DNA of 61,510 nucleotides, filler included, from Jimgerdemannia flammicorona (taxonomy: Eukaryota): assembly GCA_003990765.1 (NCBI GenBank). It is 3 parts of 3 records of this genome, joined end to end, with 100 filler letters (N's around TTAATTAATTAA, not from the genome) between each part and the next. Parts side by side here need not be neighbours in the genome. Positions count along the whole stretch, not along the records: positions 1 to 20,439 come from RBNJ01001684.1; 2 more parts are not named here. The stretch is one strand, 5' to 3'. The notes beneath the pieces are model-generated. The model saw only the letters and a list, made by a program, of their open reading frames with translations. It searched no databases and was not told the origin of the DNA. Each line of letters begins with the position of its first letter. Positions within the stretch are counted from its first letter, which is position 1. Below, in pieces: positions 1 through 13,629 of this stretch. The position numbers and the translations under genes are program-made.

Positions 1-910
1 ACCCCCTTCCTCCTCACTCCACAAACCCTGCCACCTCTCCTTCAAGGTCCCCAGGATTTGTTGCGTGCCATGAACCATGCCCCCATCGGCATCGAGGACC
101 CCATCCCACCGATGACGCACCCTCCTAGCTTTGAGAAGTCGCGATAAATACCTAGTGGGCCGCTCACCCTCCTCAAGCCCTTGCCACCGCAGCCTAGCAG
201 CCATGCCCCGCATATGAGCCTCCTCCTCTTCCCTCAGCACCTGTTGTAGTTCCACTATCTCCAGTTTCACCCAATTGCATTGCCACATCAACTCCCGGTT
301 CTAGTTGAGTATAGCCAGGATGCCAGCCCCTGCACTACCCCACTCCCTACTAGCCAATTGAAAGGCCCCATCAAAATATTATCTGCTCTAGCTCCGATGA
401 CCACTCCTAGTCTAGTACTCTACTAGTTCACCATTATTGCCCATCCTCCTATCTGTGATGGCCATCTCCTCTCCCATCCTGACAACATCTGAAAAACAGT
501 CACCTATACTAGAACTGTGCTTACCAGGAAGCTCACCAAAGCCAGAGGGCCCTACTACAGGCACTGAGGATCTACAGATAATCTACACTGAGCACTTGAT
601 GCCCAAGGTCAGCCAACTCCCTATATAATCCATGACATGCCAAGGCTGCACCTTATTGATGATGGTAAAAGGAAGAAGGCACCACACTAAATGGATATAC
701 TCCAGATATAGCTGAAGACACCAGAAACTATGAAAAAGTAGAGAAGACACTGATCTGATACTGAAAAAAGGGACAACTTATCACTATTACCCTCCTCCCA
801 CTATACCCATATAGGTATAGCAAACCAACCCAAGGTAGAGGGGGTAATAATAGGGGAAAGGGGACTCAGAAGGTTGCCTACCAAACCTTGTGACCAGTAA
901 GGTAGTAGAG
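1..910 (-). mobile_element. Copy of ~1 kb non-autonomous retroposon family (3' part runs off window start)
   Basis: Reverse complement of the 23644-24645 and 29190-29760 copies (e.g. ccaaaccttgtgaccagtaaggtag at ~881-905 vs ctaccttactggtcacaaggtttgg at ~23660). Confidence 0.8.
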
Positions 911-1099
911 AAAGGTTCATTGGTAAGAGCAGTAGCTGATAAGTAGATTATATTTGATAAATATCACTATACTCTTATCTGAATATCTCTCTACTATTGA
1001 TTAGTCATATATTATATCAATACTATATTAAAATATAAGAATAAGCAGTTAGATTACCCACCTTCAACCTCTGATCAAGGTGTAGACCATCTACTCAGC

Positions 1100-3150
1100 T
1101 AGATACTAATATCCTTTTTAAAAGACCTAGTCAGTATAAGGATACATTATCTCATTAGAGAAAGAAGTCAAATGAAGATTCAGTAGAATATTAGTCTGAT
1201 GATAGCCAATAAGAAATAGTAGGTCTAGGAATTTATTAAGAACTTACAGATCAAGAAGATCAGACCCATTAGACCCCAGAATCAATATAGACACCTATAT
1301 AGTAGTTTGGTTTATCTAGTCTTATAGGACTTTTTAACTTAATCTTTAAGAACTAAGCAACCTCAAGTTACTCTATACTATAACTATATCAGATAGAGTA
1401 ATTTTTTTGAAGAATCCATCCTAATAGATCTACTACTAGTAATTAATATAATAATAGATATAAATATTCTGATTCTCACATCTCAGCTAGCCACTCTAGT
1501 AGAAATAGTTAGACAAATTACTAAATAAAACAAATCTATCAAGACCTTGAGAGTTCTCACTTTTAGTAGAAAAAACAGCAATATTGAAACCTTTATCAAT
1601 ATAGTAGATATAGGATACTGAGCCAATCAATAAAATAATAACCAAATACTCACAAGAATACTTACTATCAATAGTAATAGTATTCTTTAATAGCTGTTTA
1701 TCACCTCTATAGTACAGGTAGAAATAGTGGTAACTTTTTTTATAGAAATAATAGCTAAGTTCTGATATACCCTAGAAGAATATCTGGTAATCTGAGAAAA
1801 CTACCCTCAAGTAGCTAAACAGGTGGTTACTCAAAACAAACTAGGATGAAATAACCATATAGCAGGTCCAGAACTCAAGACCTTACTGCTGAATAAATTC
1901 TGAAATATAGCTTATATTTAAGAGACTTGAAACAAACTAATTTAGATAAAGTTCTATAAGAATGGTAAGAAGAACTTAGAGATCTTTATTACCAGGATAG
2001 ATGACTATGTGATTTATCTATTAGAACAACAATCTGACTATCAATGGTACCAGAGCCAATCATCTCTTTGCTATCCTACCAGACTGGCTTACCTAGAAGA
2101 TTAAGAAATAAGATCTCTTTCAAGGATATCTATACTATTTATAGTACTTTGTCTAAGTATAAAAGAGAGTCTGTGAAATTCTTATAGCTCAGACTCTATG
2201 AAATTTAGAATATAAGAAGGACTGCTAAGATAAGAGAAGTTTCTCTAGAAAGAATAACCAAAGAGATCAAAGAAATCAGTAAAATTTCAGAAGACCAAAA
2301 TCTCTTAATGAGGATGAGAAGAAATAACTCTGCAAAAAAGGATTGTGCTTTATTTATAAAAAGACAGGATATATCTCTATTAGATATTCTGAGAAGAGAA
2401 ATAAAAACTCATCAGATAAACTCAGTAACCAGAATATAATCAGAAAAGAAGAATTTTGAGAATATTATAAAAGTATAGAAAATATGATATATATAAGGCC
2501 ACTATTTCCACTAAGACTTATCTCACTGATACTAGATATAACCTCTATAGTAGTTAGAATCTCATAATTCTACTAAGTACTAATACTATAGTATATACTG
2601 GAATTGTAATATAAGTTCTTAAGGAAATATATATCTGTTTTTGAATAAAGCAGCCTGGTCAAAGAATTCAATATTGATCTAAGAAGAGAAGTAGTTGACT
2701 AAGATTTCACTGGTAAAATCTATATCATCTTATAAAAATTTTGAAGATACATTATTTGAAGTCAAAGTAGACTAAAGAATTGTCTAAGTAATTATTGAAA
2801 AAATCTATTAAAATCTCACTATTGAAGAAGTCTCTGAGTTCTCTCAGACAGATCATGATAAAAAAGAATTTAGATTAACTAATAACTCTCTAGTCAAAAG
2901 ATTACTACTATAAAAGAAGATGATAAAAACTAGTATAAGAGAATTGTTGATAGTTATGTACTATAGATGATATTCTTATCTTATTCAAATATATGTACTA
3001 TATAAAATATATTAGTGAATATTATATATATCTCTCTAAGGGTTTCAAAATCTAATCTGAGAGATATCAAGCCCACTAGACTAAAGAGTCTAAACTAGAC
3101 TACACTTCTTATAAAGAATGAAAAGAGACTGAAGACACTCCTCTCTCTAC
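1100..3150 (+). pseudogene. Highly degenerate retroelement gag-like relic
   Basis: ~2340-2395 translates GLCFIYKKTGYISIRYSE, a CCHC zinc knuckle (CxxCxxxGHxxxxC) after G>A/C>T decay; many stops; boundaries approximate. Confidence 0.4.
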
Positions 3151-3243
3151 TATAATTTATATTATACAAGCTTCTGATAATACTTTTGATATAGTTTTTG
3201 GAGCAAAGATAATAATAATATAATAATTAATAAGAAATTAGAG

Positions 3244-3340
3244 AAGCATGCTGGACAGGGATTGAGTGAGGGGTTTATTGATTTTAGTATAAATAGATGG
3301 TTTGGTAATAAAGTAAAAGTTCTTAAGACTATAAAAAAAA

Positions 3341-3387
<47 letters not shown>

Positions 3388-4090
3388 ATACTAGACAGAG
3401 TAGCCCTAGTATATTTGACTAATAATATATAGAGAGGAGTTATGGCTTAGAGAAAAGTCTAAGAGACTTACTGGCTGGAGGATATGAAAGAGAAGATAGT
3501 AGTGCTAGAAGATAGGAGACTAGAAGAGTGAGCTTTGCTAATAAGGTCAAGGCTGAGTACTTATTGATAGATCTGGAGATCTGACTGCAAGGTAATAAAA
3601 AGAAGGAGAGAGATATAGAATGTAATAGAGAGGCTCCTGGGAGTAGTGAGTAATAGTGCTATCACTAGGCCCATTATACCATCTATTAGATCTCTGGGCC
3701 TCATACTTACCTCCTATTTAATCTACTATCTACTATCATATTTGTATTTTTTTTTCAGATTAGCAGTCTCCTTACCATTAGTAGTCCTACTCTCCTCAGT
3801 TACTACTCTCCCAGCTCTACTGCTCTCACTGCTAAGAGCTGCTCTATCAGACCTTTTAGGTCTCACTATCTTCTTGTTCTTCCTCAATCAACTCTCTAAT
3901 CTAGTTGCTAGATATCCCTTCTTTATCTTATCCATAAAGCTTATCCTTCTAGTCTCCTATCTCTCAGTACTGCTATCTTTACTTCTATATCCTTTAGCTA
4001 GTAAGTCTTACATACTTTTCTCCAAGCCATAACTCCTACCTATATACTGCCAGTTAAATGCACTAGGATTACCCTGTCCAGCATATACCT
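3244..4090. repeat. Inverted pair of fragments of the RT-less telomeric partner family
   Basis: 3387-3660 is the approximate reverse complement of 3810-4085; both resemble 21960-22130 and 27260-27440 (ctttgctaataaggtcaag vs ctttactaataaggtcaag). Confidence 0.65.
3261..3383 (+). mobile_element. 5'-truncated L1-like LINE 3' end with poly(A) and decayed TSD
   Basis: Ends ...taataaa...aagactataAAAA like 27020-27090; flanked by aagcatgctggacaggg (3244-3260) and aaacatactagacagag (3384-3400), which differ only by G>A. Confidence 0.75.
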
Positions 4091-4822
4091 CAGAATACTT
4101 ATTGGTTACTAAAAAATGATATCTTGAGTATTGCTAGAAGTTTGTATAACTTGAATATTATTAGAGAAAGATATTTTTGAATAGTTAATATTTCTGTAAA
4201 ATTGATAAATATTCAGTAATTCTCTTTTTCAAATTAGCTCTTCAATCATAAAGGTTTTAATATTACTTATATATCTGAAACTTGAACTGATGAATATATA
4301 CTATTCTATTAAGATCTACTTGCTATTCTATATAAGCTAATATCAAATACTTTATTTAAGGACAATATGAAATTTAAAGTAGAGAAATACTATATGGCAA
4401 ATAGTATATAAAAGTACTCTGAGATACATATATTAGAGTAATTTTTGGTAGCAAACACAGATAAAATAATAATTAATTTTAAATTTACAGGTGATCAGTC
4501 AGTATACTTACTGTTTGTAGACTATAATTCTTTTTTCAAACTATAGGAGAAACTTCTACTTAGTGTAATAGTAATCTCAGTATTACTTAAGATTGATCAA
4601 ATATATTACAATCTGCTTAAATATACTAAAATATATCTGCTATATATTTCTATTAGTAATCTCTCTAAATATATTTGATAAATATACTCATGAAATATAT
4701 TCCCAGTAATTATATATTTTCTAATTATTAAAAAGACTTCTAAGAAGACTGAAAAAGACTCCTTCTGTAAATGAAAGCAGTTTTATATTATAGATATATA
4801 TCATAGGTACTTTATAGACTAT

Positions 4823-5269
4823 TGTGATGGTACAGCCAAATTTGGAAGAAAGAAATAGGGAATAGACACTCGATCACACCCAGTCTTAAAGTAGTATAGC
4901 CTTATAGTTAGCAGTCCTCAATTTCGACATTGTCTAAATTCTTAGACATCATTCAAATTAAACGTTCTGATTTAGTATAGCATTTAGACATTGTCCAAAT
5001 ATTTCGACAAAGTCCAAATGACTCATTTATTACTTAGCCACCTTCACATAGCTAGCAAACTTGTATAAATAACCCAGTATCTTGGAGTGAATAAACCTCA
5101 GATTGAAAGTGTTAGAAAAAGAACAAGTATACCAATAAAAGGACCTTCAGGATTACCTCTTTAAACATATTTGGCCTCAAGGAACTACTGACTCTGGGAG
5201 TCAAGAAGACAAGAATTCAAGATAAAGAAATCTGACGTACTTGCCCACCTTAGTGTCCACTACGTTACA
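4823..5269 (+). repeat. 5' LTR of Gypsy-A
   Basis: Direct repeat of 11026-11472; TATAAATA at ~5064 and AATAAA at ~5090. Confidence 0.95.
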
Positions 5270-5325
5270 ACTTGGTGCCCATTGGCTGGTGATTCAAGAT
5301 GAATCCCTCACTTTCAAGCTGAACA

Positions 5326-8300
5326 ATGAACAACTGCAACCAGAACCCACACAATACAATCAGACAGAATGGATATGAGACCCCCCGTATTCCATGGATA
5401 TGTCCGACAAATCAATCATCACCTTTATTGATGATTTCGAGCAGTATGCTGCTATAAGGACCTTAAGTGCAGCACAACAAGTAACCCTACTCCCTATAAG
5501 CCTCTGAGGCTCAGCAAGAACTGTATTTACTGCAGCCAATGTACAAGCAGCTGATGATCCAGCAAGAATCATAGCTTTCAAGACCTGGCTCTGAGCAACC
5601 TACTATATAGATGAAATCAAACATGTACTCAAAGATCAACTGAATACTATCTGCCAAGGAATGTCTGAAGACCCAAACACATTCTATACAAGAATCTGAT
5701 ATCAAATAGTCCTTACTGACTACCCCGATGCAGTTCAAGACCAAGTGGCTGAGAATACCTTTATGAAAGGCATTCACCAAGAAATTGCTTTAGCCATTTG
5801 ATCTACCCCAACACCACTGGACCTGGGACAGAAGGTTACCTATGCTCAAAGATACTGGACTGCCAGATACCCTCAAGGCCATACAATGGAAAGGATAACT
5901 GGAGTAAAAATTGAACAAGCACCAAGAGTCACCAATATAATCCCAGCTACCATAGTTAACTGGAATATACAACTGCAACCACAAGACCAGAGAAGGGTCG
6001 ACCCAATGGAGGAACTGGCCAAACAGTTTGCAGAAATGACTGCACACCTCAGTGATGTAGTCTAAGAGTTCAAGAAGAAGCCAGTACAGAAGTTTACTAC
6101 TACAAATATAAGATGATCAATAATATGCTATAACTATAGAGAAGAAGGCCACTATGCCTCTGAATGTATGACAGAAACCAAGCAAAAGGCCAATCCAAGC
6201 AATGCAATCAGGAACCGCAAACAAGCAAACACTATCACCTTCGAGGAGATTGGGAAATCCAAGGAAGAAAGGGAGGAATGGAAAGCTTATCCTGCTACCT
6301 CAAGCAAGAAGGATGTCTGATCCAGTCTCTATAAAAGACCTCCAGGCAGACCTCCTAAAAAGGCCCAGACACAGACAAAATAACCAGAAACAGTCATTGA
6401 AAAAGGAATTCAGCAGAGCGAAGCTGACCAAGATATGGAGCTAGAATAAGATGCTGAGCTGGAGCAAGCAGTAGAAGATATTATTCAAAATACTACTCCA
6501 TCAAGTGAAGGGAAGAAGGAGCAGAAACTATGCAAGAGCAAGACCTTCAAGTATGACATCTTCAAGGACCTCAAGGACCAAAAGGTCAATGCAACCTTTG
6601 GCCAGCTGGCTGAAATCCCAACATTCAGACAACAAATGAGGACAGGAATCTCAGACATCAGCAAAGACCAAGGTTACAGAATAATCGAAGCCAACAATGC
6701 ACAAGAAGATTCAGATAAAGAGAGTAAAGATAACTGGAAAACATCAGCCTATGCTATCTGCCAGATTGAGGATCAAGTCTTCAAAGCCATTATTGATACG
6801 GGAGCAGGAGGATGTCTCATCACCAAGAAAGTAGTAGACTGCCTAGGTTGGGAGATAGAAGAAGCCACCAAATTGGTGTTTGTCACAGCTGATGGGACAT
6901 GAGCAATACTCTTGGAAAAAATCCGGGATATACCAATCAAGTTCAGCAAAGCCACTATCTCTGTGGATGTCATTGTCACCAATGCAACCAACTACGATAT
7001 CCTCATTGGCAACTAGTGGCTTCACAAAGCCAAGGCCATAATCGACCTCAGTATACAGAAGATGCAGATCGTCTACCAGGGAAAGAAGATCAGAATTCCC
7101 ATCAATATCTACAAAGAAGTCTGCCCTGAGATAGAGGAAGACCAAGAAGAAGAAGCCTATATAGTCACTACAAAGAAAGGAAAAGGCAAGCAATTGACAG
7201 AGAAAGAATGGTATACAAGAATCATAGATGGATATGCCCCACTAGGAAGGTACCCCCATGGTGAAAGAATGTACTGTGTCCAGCACTTAGATTGCTGCTA
7301 CTCTTGTATCATTGAGGTGAAGAAGATCATCAACAAGCCAAAGAAGAACCAGGAGGAACCAGAAGATGGACCACCAGAACTATTGGATGATAGTGATGAT
7401 GAAGAAGACATCACAGTCAAGATATGAAGAATCTACTCTGATGCAGTCATGCCACAATACAAATCAGAGAATACAGCAGGAATGGACCTATCTACCACAA
7501 TATACACAATACTCGAACCACAGACCACTACCATTCTAGGAACAGGAATTGAAGTAACCATTCCACCAAACCATGTCAGAATCCTCAAGATAAGGAGCAG
7601 CTTGGCAAAGAGCGAAATATTGATAGAAGGAGGAGTTATTGATTCAGACTATATGGAAGAAATTCTCCTCCTCACCAGGAACCACAACCCAACCATTCCA
7701 TTCGAAGTAAGGAAGAAGAATCAGCTGGTGCAAATGCTCATCCTACCTGTCCTTAATCCAAGAATCAAGGAGGTTACAAACATCAGACAAACTCAGCGAG
7801 GAAGGGCTGAATTCAGCTCTACAAGAAGAGGAGTCCTTGCAGCAACTAAGATCACTAAGTTAGAGTACAAGAAGGAGGAAAGCCAAGACAAACATATATA
7901 CCTATATAATTGGAAAGAACTTTCCCCTAAGGAAAGAATTGTGGAGCCTCTTGTATATATTTGAGAATGTACTGGCCACAGATTTCAAGGACATCAAAAC
8001 CAAAAAATCCTTGTACTATCATAATATTAATACTGGAGATGCAAAGCCAATCTATCAGAAGGCCCATCCCATTCCACCAGTATACAGGGAATGGCTCAAG
8101 ATGGAGATCAAGGAAATGGAGGAATCTGGTATCATTGAGGAAACCAGCAGCCCTTGGTTCTCCCCCATCGTCCTTGTACCAAAGAAAGAAAGCTGACCAG
8201 GAGAGTTTGTACCAAGACTCTGCATAGATTATAGAAGACTCAACAAGGTCACAGAAAAGGACAGACAACTATTGCCCAACATTGGTGATATTCTTATTAT

Positions 8301-9351
8301 GCTGGGAAATGAATCATAATTCTACACCACCTTGGATCTGTTCTCAGGATTCTACCAAATCGGCCTTACACCTGAAGCCAGCAAAAGATCAGCCTTCATC
8401 ACCCCTGATAGAACCTATGTCTATCTCCATATACTCTTTGGAATGTGCAATACACCAGCAAGCTTCCAGCGAATAATGAATAGCATCTTCAGAGATGTTA
8501 TGGAAAAATGGATGATGGTATATATAGATAATATGATCATCTTCAGTCAAACAGCCAAGGAGCACTTGGAACATATTGAGAAAATTCTCAGAAGGCTTCA
8601 CAAACATGGCCTCTACATCAAGTCCAAGAAATGCAAGTTTGGAGAAGAAGAGATTGCATACCTCAGACACATTATCAACTATGAAGGAATACATACAGAC
8701 CCTATAAAGATCAAAGCAGTAGCAGCATACCCAGTACCTATCAGTATCACTGAAGCCCGAGCCTTTATAGAACTTGCATCCTACTACAGAAGATTTATTA
8801 GAAGGTTCTCCCACATCGCCAGTCCTATCTATGATCTGTTCAGAAAAGAGGTCAAGTTCCAGTGGACTCAGCAGCAGCAACTAGCCTTGGATGAGCTCAA
8901 GACCAGATTGACCCAGGCCCCAATCCTGAGAAGATCTGACTGGACTCAAGAGTTTATTCTGCAGATGGATGCCAGTGCAATGGGACTTAGAGCTGTCCTC
9001 ATACAAAAGAAGAATAGTGCTGAATATATGGTAGCTTATCTCAGCTGAGGTACCCAAGGAGCTGAGCAGTCCTATGAATCATACAAGTTAGAATACCTTG
9101 CAGTCATCTGGGCTGTAGAGAAGTTCCACTACTATCTAGCTGGCAGACACTTCACCATCCAGACAGATCATTCAGCACTCACCTGGTTGCTCACTACCAG
9201 TGAGCCCAAAGGAATCTATGCCCGATGGATCATGAAGCTGCAAGCATATGATGCCACAATCACCCACCACCCTGGAAGAATCAATGCCAATGCTGATGCC
9301 CTCTCATGGATACTCCAAAGGACTCCACCCCCACGAAATCACCATAAATAG
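5326..9351 (+). pseudogene. Gypsy-A gag-protease-dUTPase-RT-RNase H polyprotein (disrupted)
   Basis: Zinc knuckle ~6127-6168 (GHYASEC), protease IIDTGA ~6790, dUTPase AGMDL...GGVIDSDY ~7450-7830, RT DLFSGFYQI...YIDN ~8335-8535, RNase H DASAMGL...TDHSAL...ADALS. Confidence 0.9.
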
Positions 9352-10537
9352 GGAGCTATATTATGGAATCATCAGCTACCTAGGGTAGCGAAAGATGCCC
9401 CTGTATCTGGAAGAATAGACAAAAACAATTATTAATTGGACATGGAAACAATTTGAAACTGATGGAGAAATACTCAAGAAAGGACAACAATTAGTCATCC
9501 CTGAGTATTGGAAGAATCAAGTAATGAAAGAAGTACATGAACAGGATCATGTAGGAGGAACAAATACATATGACAAAGCAAGAAGAACCATGTGATGGCC
9601 CAGAATGGAAGAAGATATCAGGCAATTTGTCAGGACCTGTGACAAATGCCAGAAATAGAAACAAAACTGACAGGATCAAGCCCCTGGATCAGCAGACATC
9701 GAACCAATACCATTTGCCCACATTGCAATGGATGTAATTGGCCCTCTACCCCTGACATTGACTGGCAACCAATATGTCATTATAATAGTGGATCTATTTA
9801 CAAAATGAGTAGAGGTCGGACCCCTCAAGGAAGCCAATGCACAGTCAATTGCTGATTTCTTTTACAGAGAAATTATCTGCCAATTCAAGACCCCAAAGCA
9901 AGTTACTACAGACAGAGGAACAGAATTCATCAACCAGTTCCATGAGGTTCTTTACAAGAAGTACAAGATCCAACACATCAAGACCACAGCCTATCACCTA
10001 CAAGGAAATGGACAAGCAGAAAGAACCAACAAGACCCTCAAGAACATCATTGCTAAGATCTGTGACAAATATGGAAACTGAGACCACTATCTACCAATAG
10101 CATTATCCACTCTGTGGGATATATGATCACAAAGTACCCATTTTACACCACGAGAAATACTATTCAGTAAAGAAGGTTCTGGTGGAAGTTTGTCAGCAAG
10201 TAATGATGCAATCTGGAAGCATGTGGATATAGAGATACAGAGATTACATCAAATTAGGAAAAAGACAGAGGATTACATAATTAAGGTGCAGGTACTACAA
10301 CAGAATACTGCGGAAAAAGCCCACAAGCCCCTGAAGATTATCAAGATAGGAGATGAAGTCCTAGTATATTGGAACATGATAGAAGCTTCTTGGTCATGAA
10401 AACTGAAGCCCAAGTAGGAAGGACCTTATCTGGTACAAGATATAAAAGGGACTACTTTCTGGCTATAAAAGCCCTCAGACACAATAATCTCCACCACCAT
10501 TCATCAAAACTAACTCAAGAAATACCATGGCCAATAA
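9344..10537 (+). pseudogene. Gypsy-A integrase in its own reading frame (disrupted)
   Basis: H...CDKCQ zinc-binding region, DVIGPLP, TDRGTEF, GNGQAERTNKTLK, and a GPY/F-like EGPY near 10420; the start overlaps the pol stop codon. Confidence 0.85.
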
Positions 10538-10988
10538 CCAAAGCACCACAATGGCACTCAAGATCACTAGTGCTGCCCAAAGAGTCATTGAAAGATAATG
10601 GCACACCACTGAGCCTCCGACCATAGAGGCATACTATGAGGATATTCAGAGTATTGTGCAGACTCATCTCTCTCAGATCTCGCACTTTAGAGCCTATCAA
10701 TATTGGGCAGAATTCCAAGAGTACTTCAAGCTTAGACAGGTGCTCAATTAGGATCTAGTAAAGACCAAAGAGGACTGGATTGCTGAGTGTCAACTCTCTT
10801 ACTCACAGATCACTATTGCCAAAAGGATCCACAAGTTATTCTGAGAAGATGAACCAGCAATAGACCATCTGAGAGAAGTAACCCCCACTGACTTCGAGAA
10901 AGTGAGAAGACATCATTGGGAAACAGTCATGCAGCAAATTGCACAGTACAAGACCATACAGACAGTTGAAGCCTGGGAGTTTGAATAG
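10527..10988 (+). pseudogene. Gypsy-A extra 3' ORF (ORF3, 154 codons, unknown function)
   Basis: MANNQSTTMALKITS...AWEFE*; collinear homolog of equal length at 47793-48254(-); internal stops are transition-derived. Confidence 0.7.
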
Positions 10989-11025
10989 ATGCCTCAGGGG
11001 TGAGACCATCTATTCAAGAGGAAGT

Positions 11026-11472
11026 TGTGACAGTACAGCCAAATTTGGAAGAAGGAAATAGGGAATAGACACTTGATCGCACCCAGTCCCAAAGTAGTAT
11101 AGTCTTATAGTTAGCAGTCCTCAATTTTGACATTGTCTAAATTCTTAGACATCATCTAAATCGAATGTCCTGATTTAGTATAGCATTTAGACATTGTCCA
11201 AATATTTCGACAAAGTCCAAATGACTCATTTATTACTTAGCCACCTTTGCATAGTTAGCAAACTTGTATAAATAACCCAGTATCTTGGAGTAAATAAACC
11301 TCAGATCAAAAGTATTAGAAAAAGAACAAGTATACTGATAAAAGGACTTTCGGGATTACCTCTTTAAACACATTTGGCCTCAAGGAACTACTGACTCTGG
11401 AAGTCAAGAAGACAAGAATTCAAGATAAAGAAATCTGACATACTTGCCCACCTTAGTGTCTGCTACATTACA
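11026..11472 (+). repeat. 3' LTR of Gypsy-A
   Basis: Direct repeat of 4823-5269, followed by CTAT. Confidence 0.95.
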
Positions 11473-13629
11473 CTATCTACAGTAGAAAAAAGATAATATT
11501 TATAATTATAAAATTGTTTTGATAAAAATTTTAATATTTAATAACTGATTATGAATATATTTTATAATAGTATTATTATGTATAAACCAGATAGCAAACT
11601 TTATAATTACTATCCAGTAGTTATATTCTATATAGTTGATTATCCAGAGATATATTTGATATATCTGATCTATATAAATCAAGCCTACCTAAAATGTATA
11701 GTCTCTTACTTATAATTTTTATACCTTAATAAGATATATCTTCTATGAATAGTTCTTGAGATACAGATAGTAGTTGTAAATATACAGATTTATAATTTAA
11801 AGGTAAATATAAGAAGAGTCTTCAAATGTATAGATTATAGAGACTAACTATATATATTAATTTTACTTATTTTTGAATAAATATTTTTTACTAACAATTA
11901 TATCATCTATTAACTAAACTCTAGAATATACTATAGGAACTATCTCTTACAAATATTTATTTAATAATTATATCTAATATACTTCATCAAGTGAAAAAAG
12001 ATATCTGAGAATACTTGATCAATCTAATTCTTAATCTTATCAAGAGTTTATTTGATATATATATGGCAAACCTACTTATACTGAAGCTAGATCTCTATAT
12101 TTGGCTTATTTTTTAATATCCTAAACTCAAAAAATTCTTTACTAGAATTTTAAATCTTAGTCAAATAACTGCAGCTGAATATTAACAACTAATATATATG
12201 AGTATTATATATATTATAGTGAGTTTGTAAACTATTTGTAAACTCTTTAACTAAAAAAAAAAATTCTTTTAAAAGATATTTCTCTATATATAAGAGGGAT
12301 TTTCAAATCACTTAGTATTATTAAATGCCTCACAATATTCATTAAGTAGTACTTCTATATCTCATCACTAGTTCAGACTGAAAAAAATACTTATAAATCA
12401 AAATATACTATTATTTCAATTTAATGAACTAAAAGAACAGTTTGTAAAGATCTTACCAAGTTTACTAAACTTTGAAAAACTCTACTCTCTGCAGAATATT
12501 TCTAAGTCAACTTAAATATTTAATATACTAGATAATACTAATACAGAAATAACTGAACATCATATTATATAGAAGTTAAAATATCATATTAATGAATAAA
12601 TAAATATTATTCTCTTCTCCAAGTTGTTAAGTTTATAGAGTATCAAATAGTACTTGAGAACAAGCTTGATTATATTATAATCAGTAAGTTTATAGATATC
12701 TCAAGCTTTAATAACTGAGAAATACTAGTATCTAAGTACTAGTATCTCTAAAGATATACTCCATATTGATGAAGTTTCAAAATTGTTTGAGCTATATAAC
12801 TTTGAACTTACCACTTAGATGTTTTTTTCATAATCTCTAGTTTACATCTAGAAATGAATATCATTATTGAGTGAATAGGAAGAATCTTCTCAAACTTTCA
12901 AATCTAATAGTAAGTTATTTATACTAAGTTAGTCTGTGAATTTTTTTTGTGATATTTCTAATATCTCTTCTTAATCTCTATAGATTAATATTTTTACCAC
13001 TTTATCAATTAGAGTTCATGATCTATTTGTAGATACAAAATTAGGTTTAGCTATATTTTGCCAACATATTTACTATGAGTAATAGTTTTATAGAAGTTTA
13101 TGATATAACTAAGTAGTATTATATGATCTTACAGACAAGCAGTTTGAAATAAGATAAGATATAGATAAATATCTTTTTGCCCAAGTTTGTCTTCTCTTCA
13201 AAATTGAGTAAGATCACCAAGTCTATTGACTTATATACTTGGAGTAATATAACATAGTAGATATTGAAGATCCTAGTATTAAAAACATAGTCTTTCATAA
13301 TTGTGAGATAATAATAACTATTGCTATATAGACTGAGTAGTTCAATATTATATCTATAGATACAATTGTTTATACAACATACATATAACTCTTGTTTGAG
13401 AAATATAATTCAGCAAGAAAGAACTTAGCAGATAGATTGAATATATATTCTTTTTATTTATATTTAGTAAATAAGTATTATAACAGTGACCTCAGAATAA
13501 TGATATCATCACAGAAGATAGTCTTTTCTTACAAACCACCATATCAGAGTATAAGAAAATTATATGACATAACTTACTCAGAGACATTGAGTCCATTAAA
13601 AAAATAAAATAAAATAAAATAAAAAAAAA

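Larger units (their letters stand above)
4823..11472 (+). mobile_element. Complete Ty3/Gypsy LTR retrotransposon (Gypsy-A), inactivated by stops
   Basis: 447-bp TG...CA LTRs at 4823-5269 and 11026-11472, CTAT 4-bp TSD, TGG-starting PBS at ~5273, PPT at ~11017-11024, domain order gag-PR-dUTPase-RT-RH-IN. Confidence 0.95.
4150..13480 (+). pseudogene. Plavaka (CACTA-related) transposase relic, split by the Gypsy insertion at 4823-11472
   Basis: Decayed motifs YLLYISISNLSKYI (~4635; cf. YPxYxSIGNxPK), IVDYPE (~11630), ILHQVKKDI*EYL (~11980; cf. LLHQxxKGV), NFEKLYSL (~12470; cf. NFPKLHSL). Confidence 0.55.
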
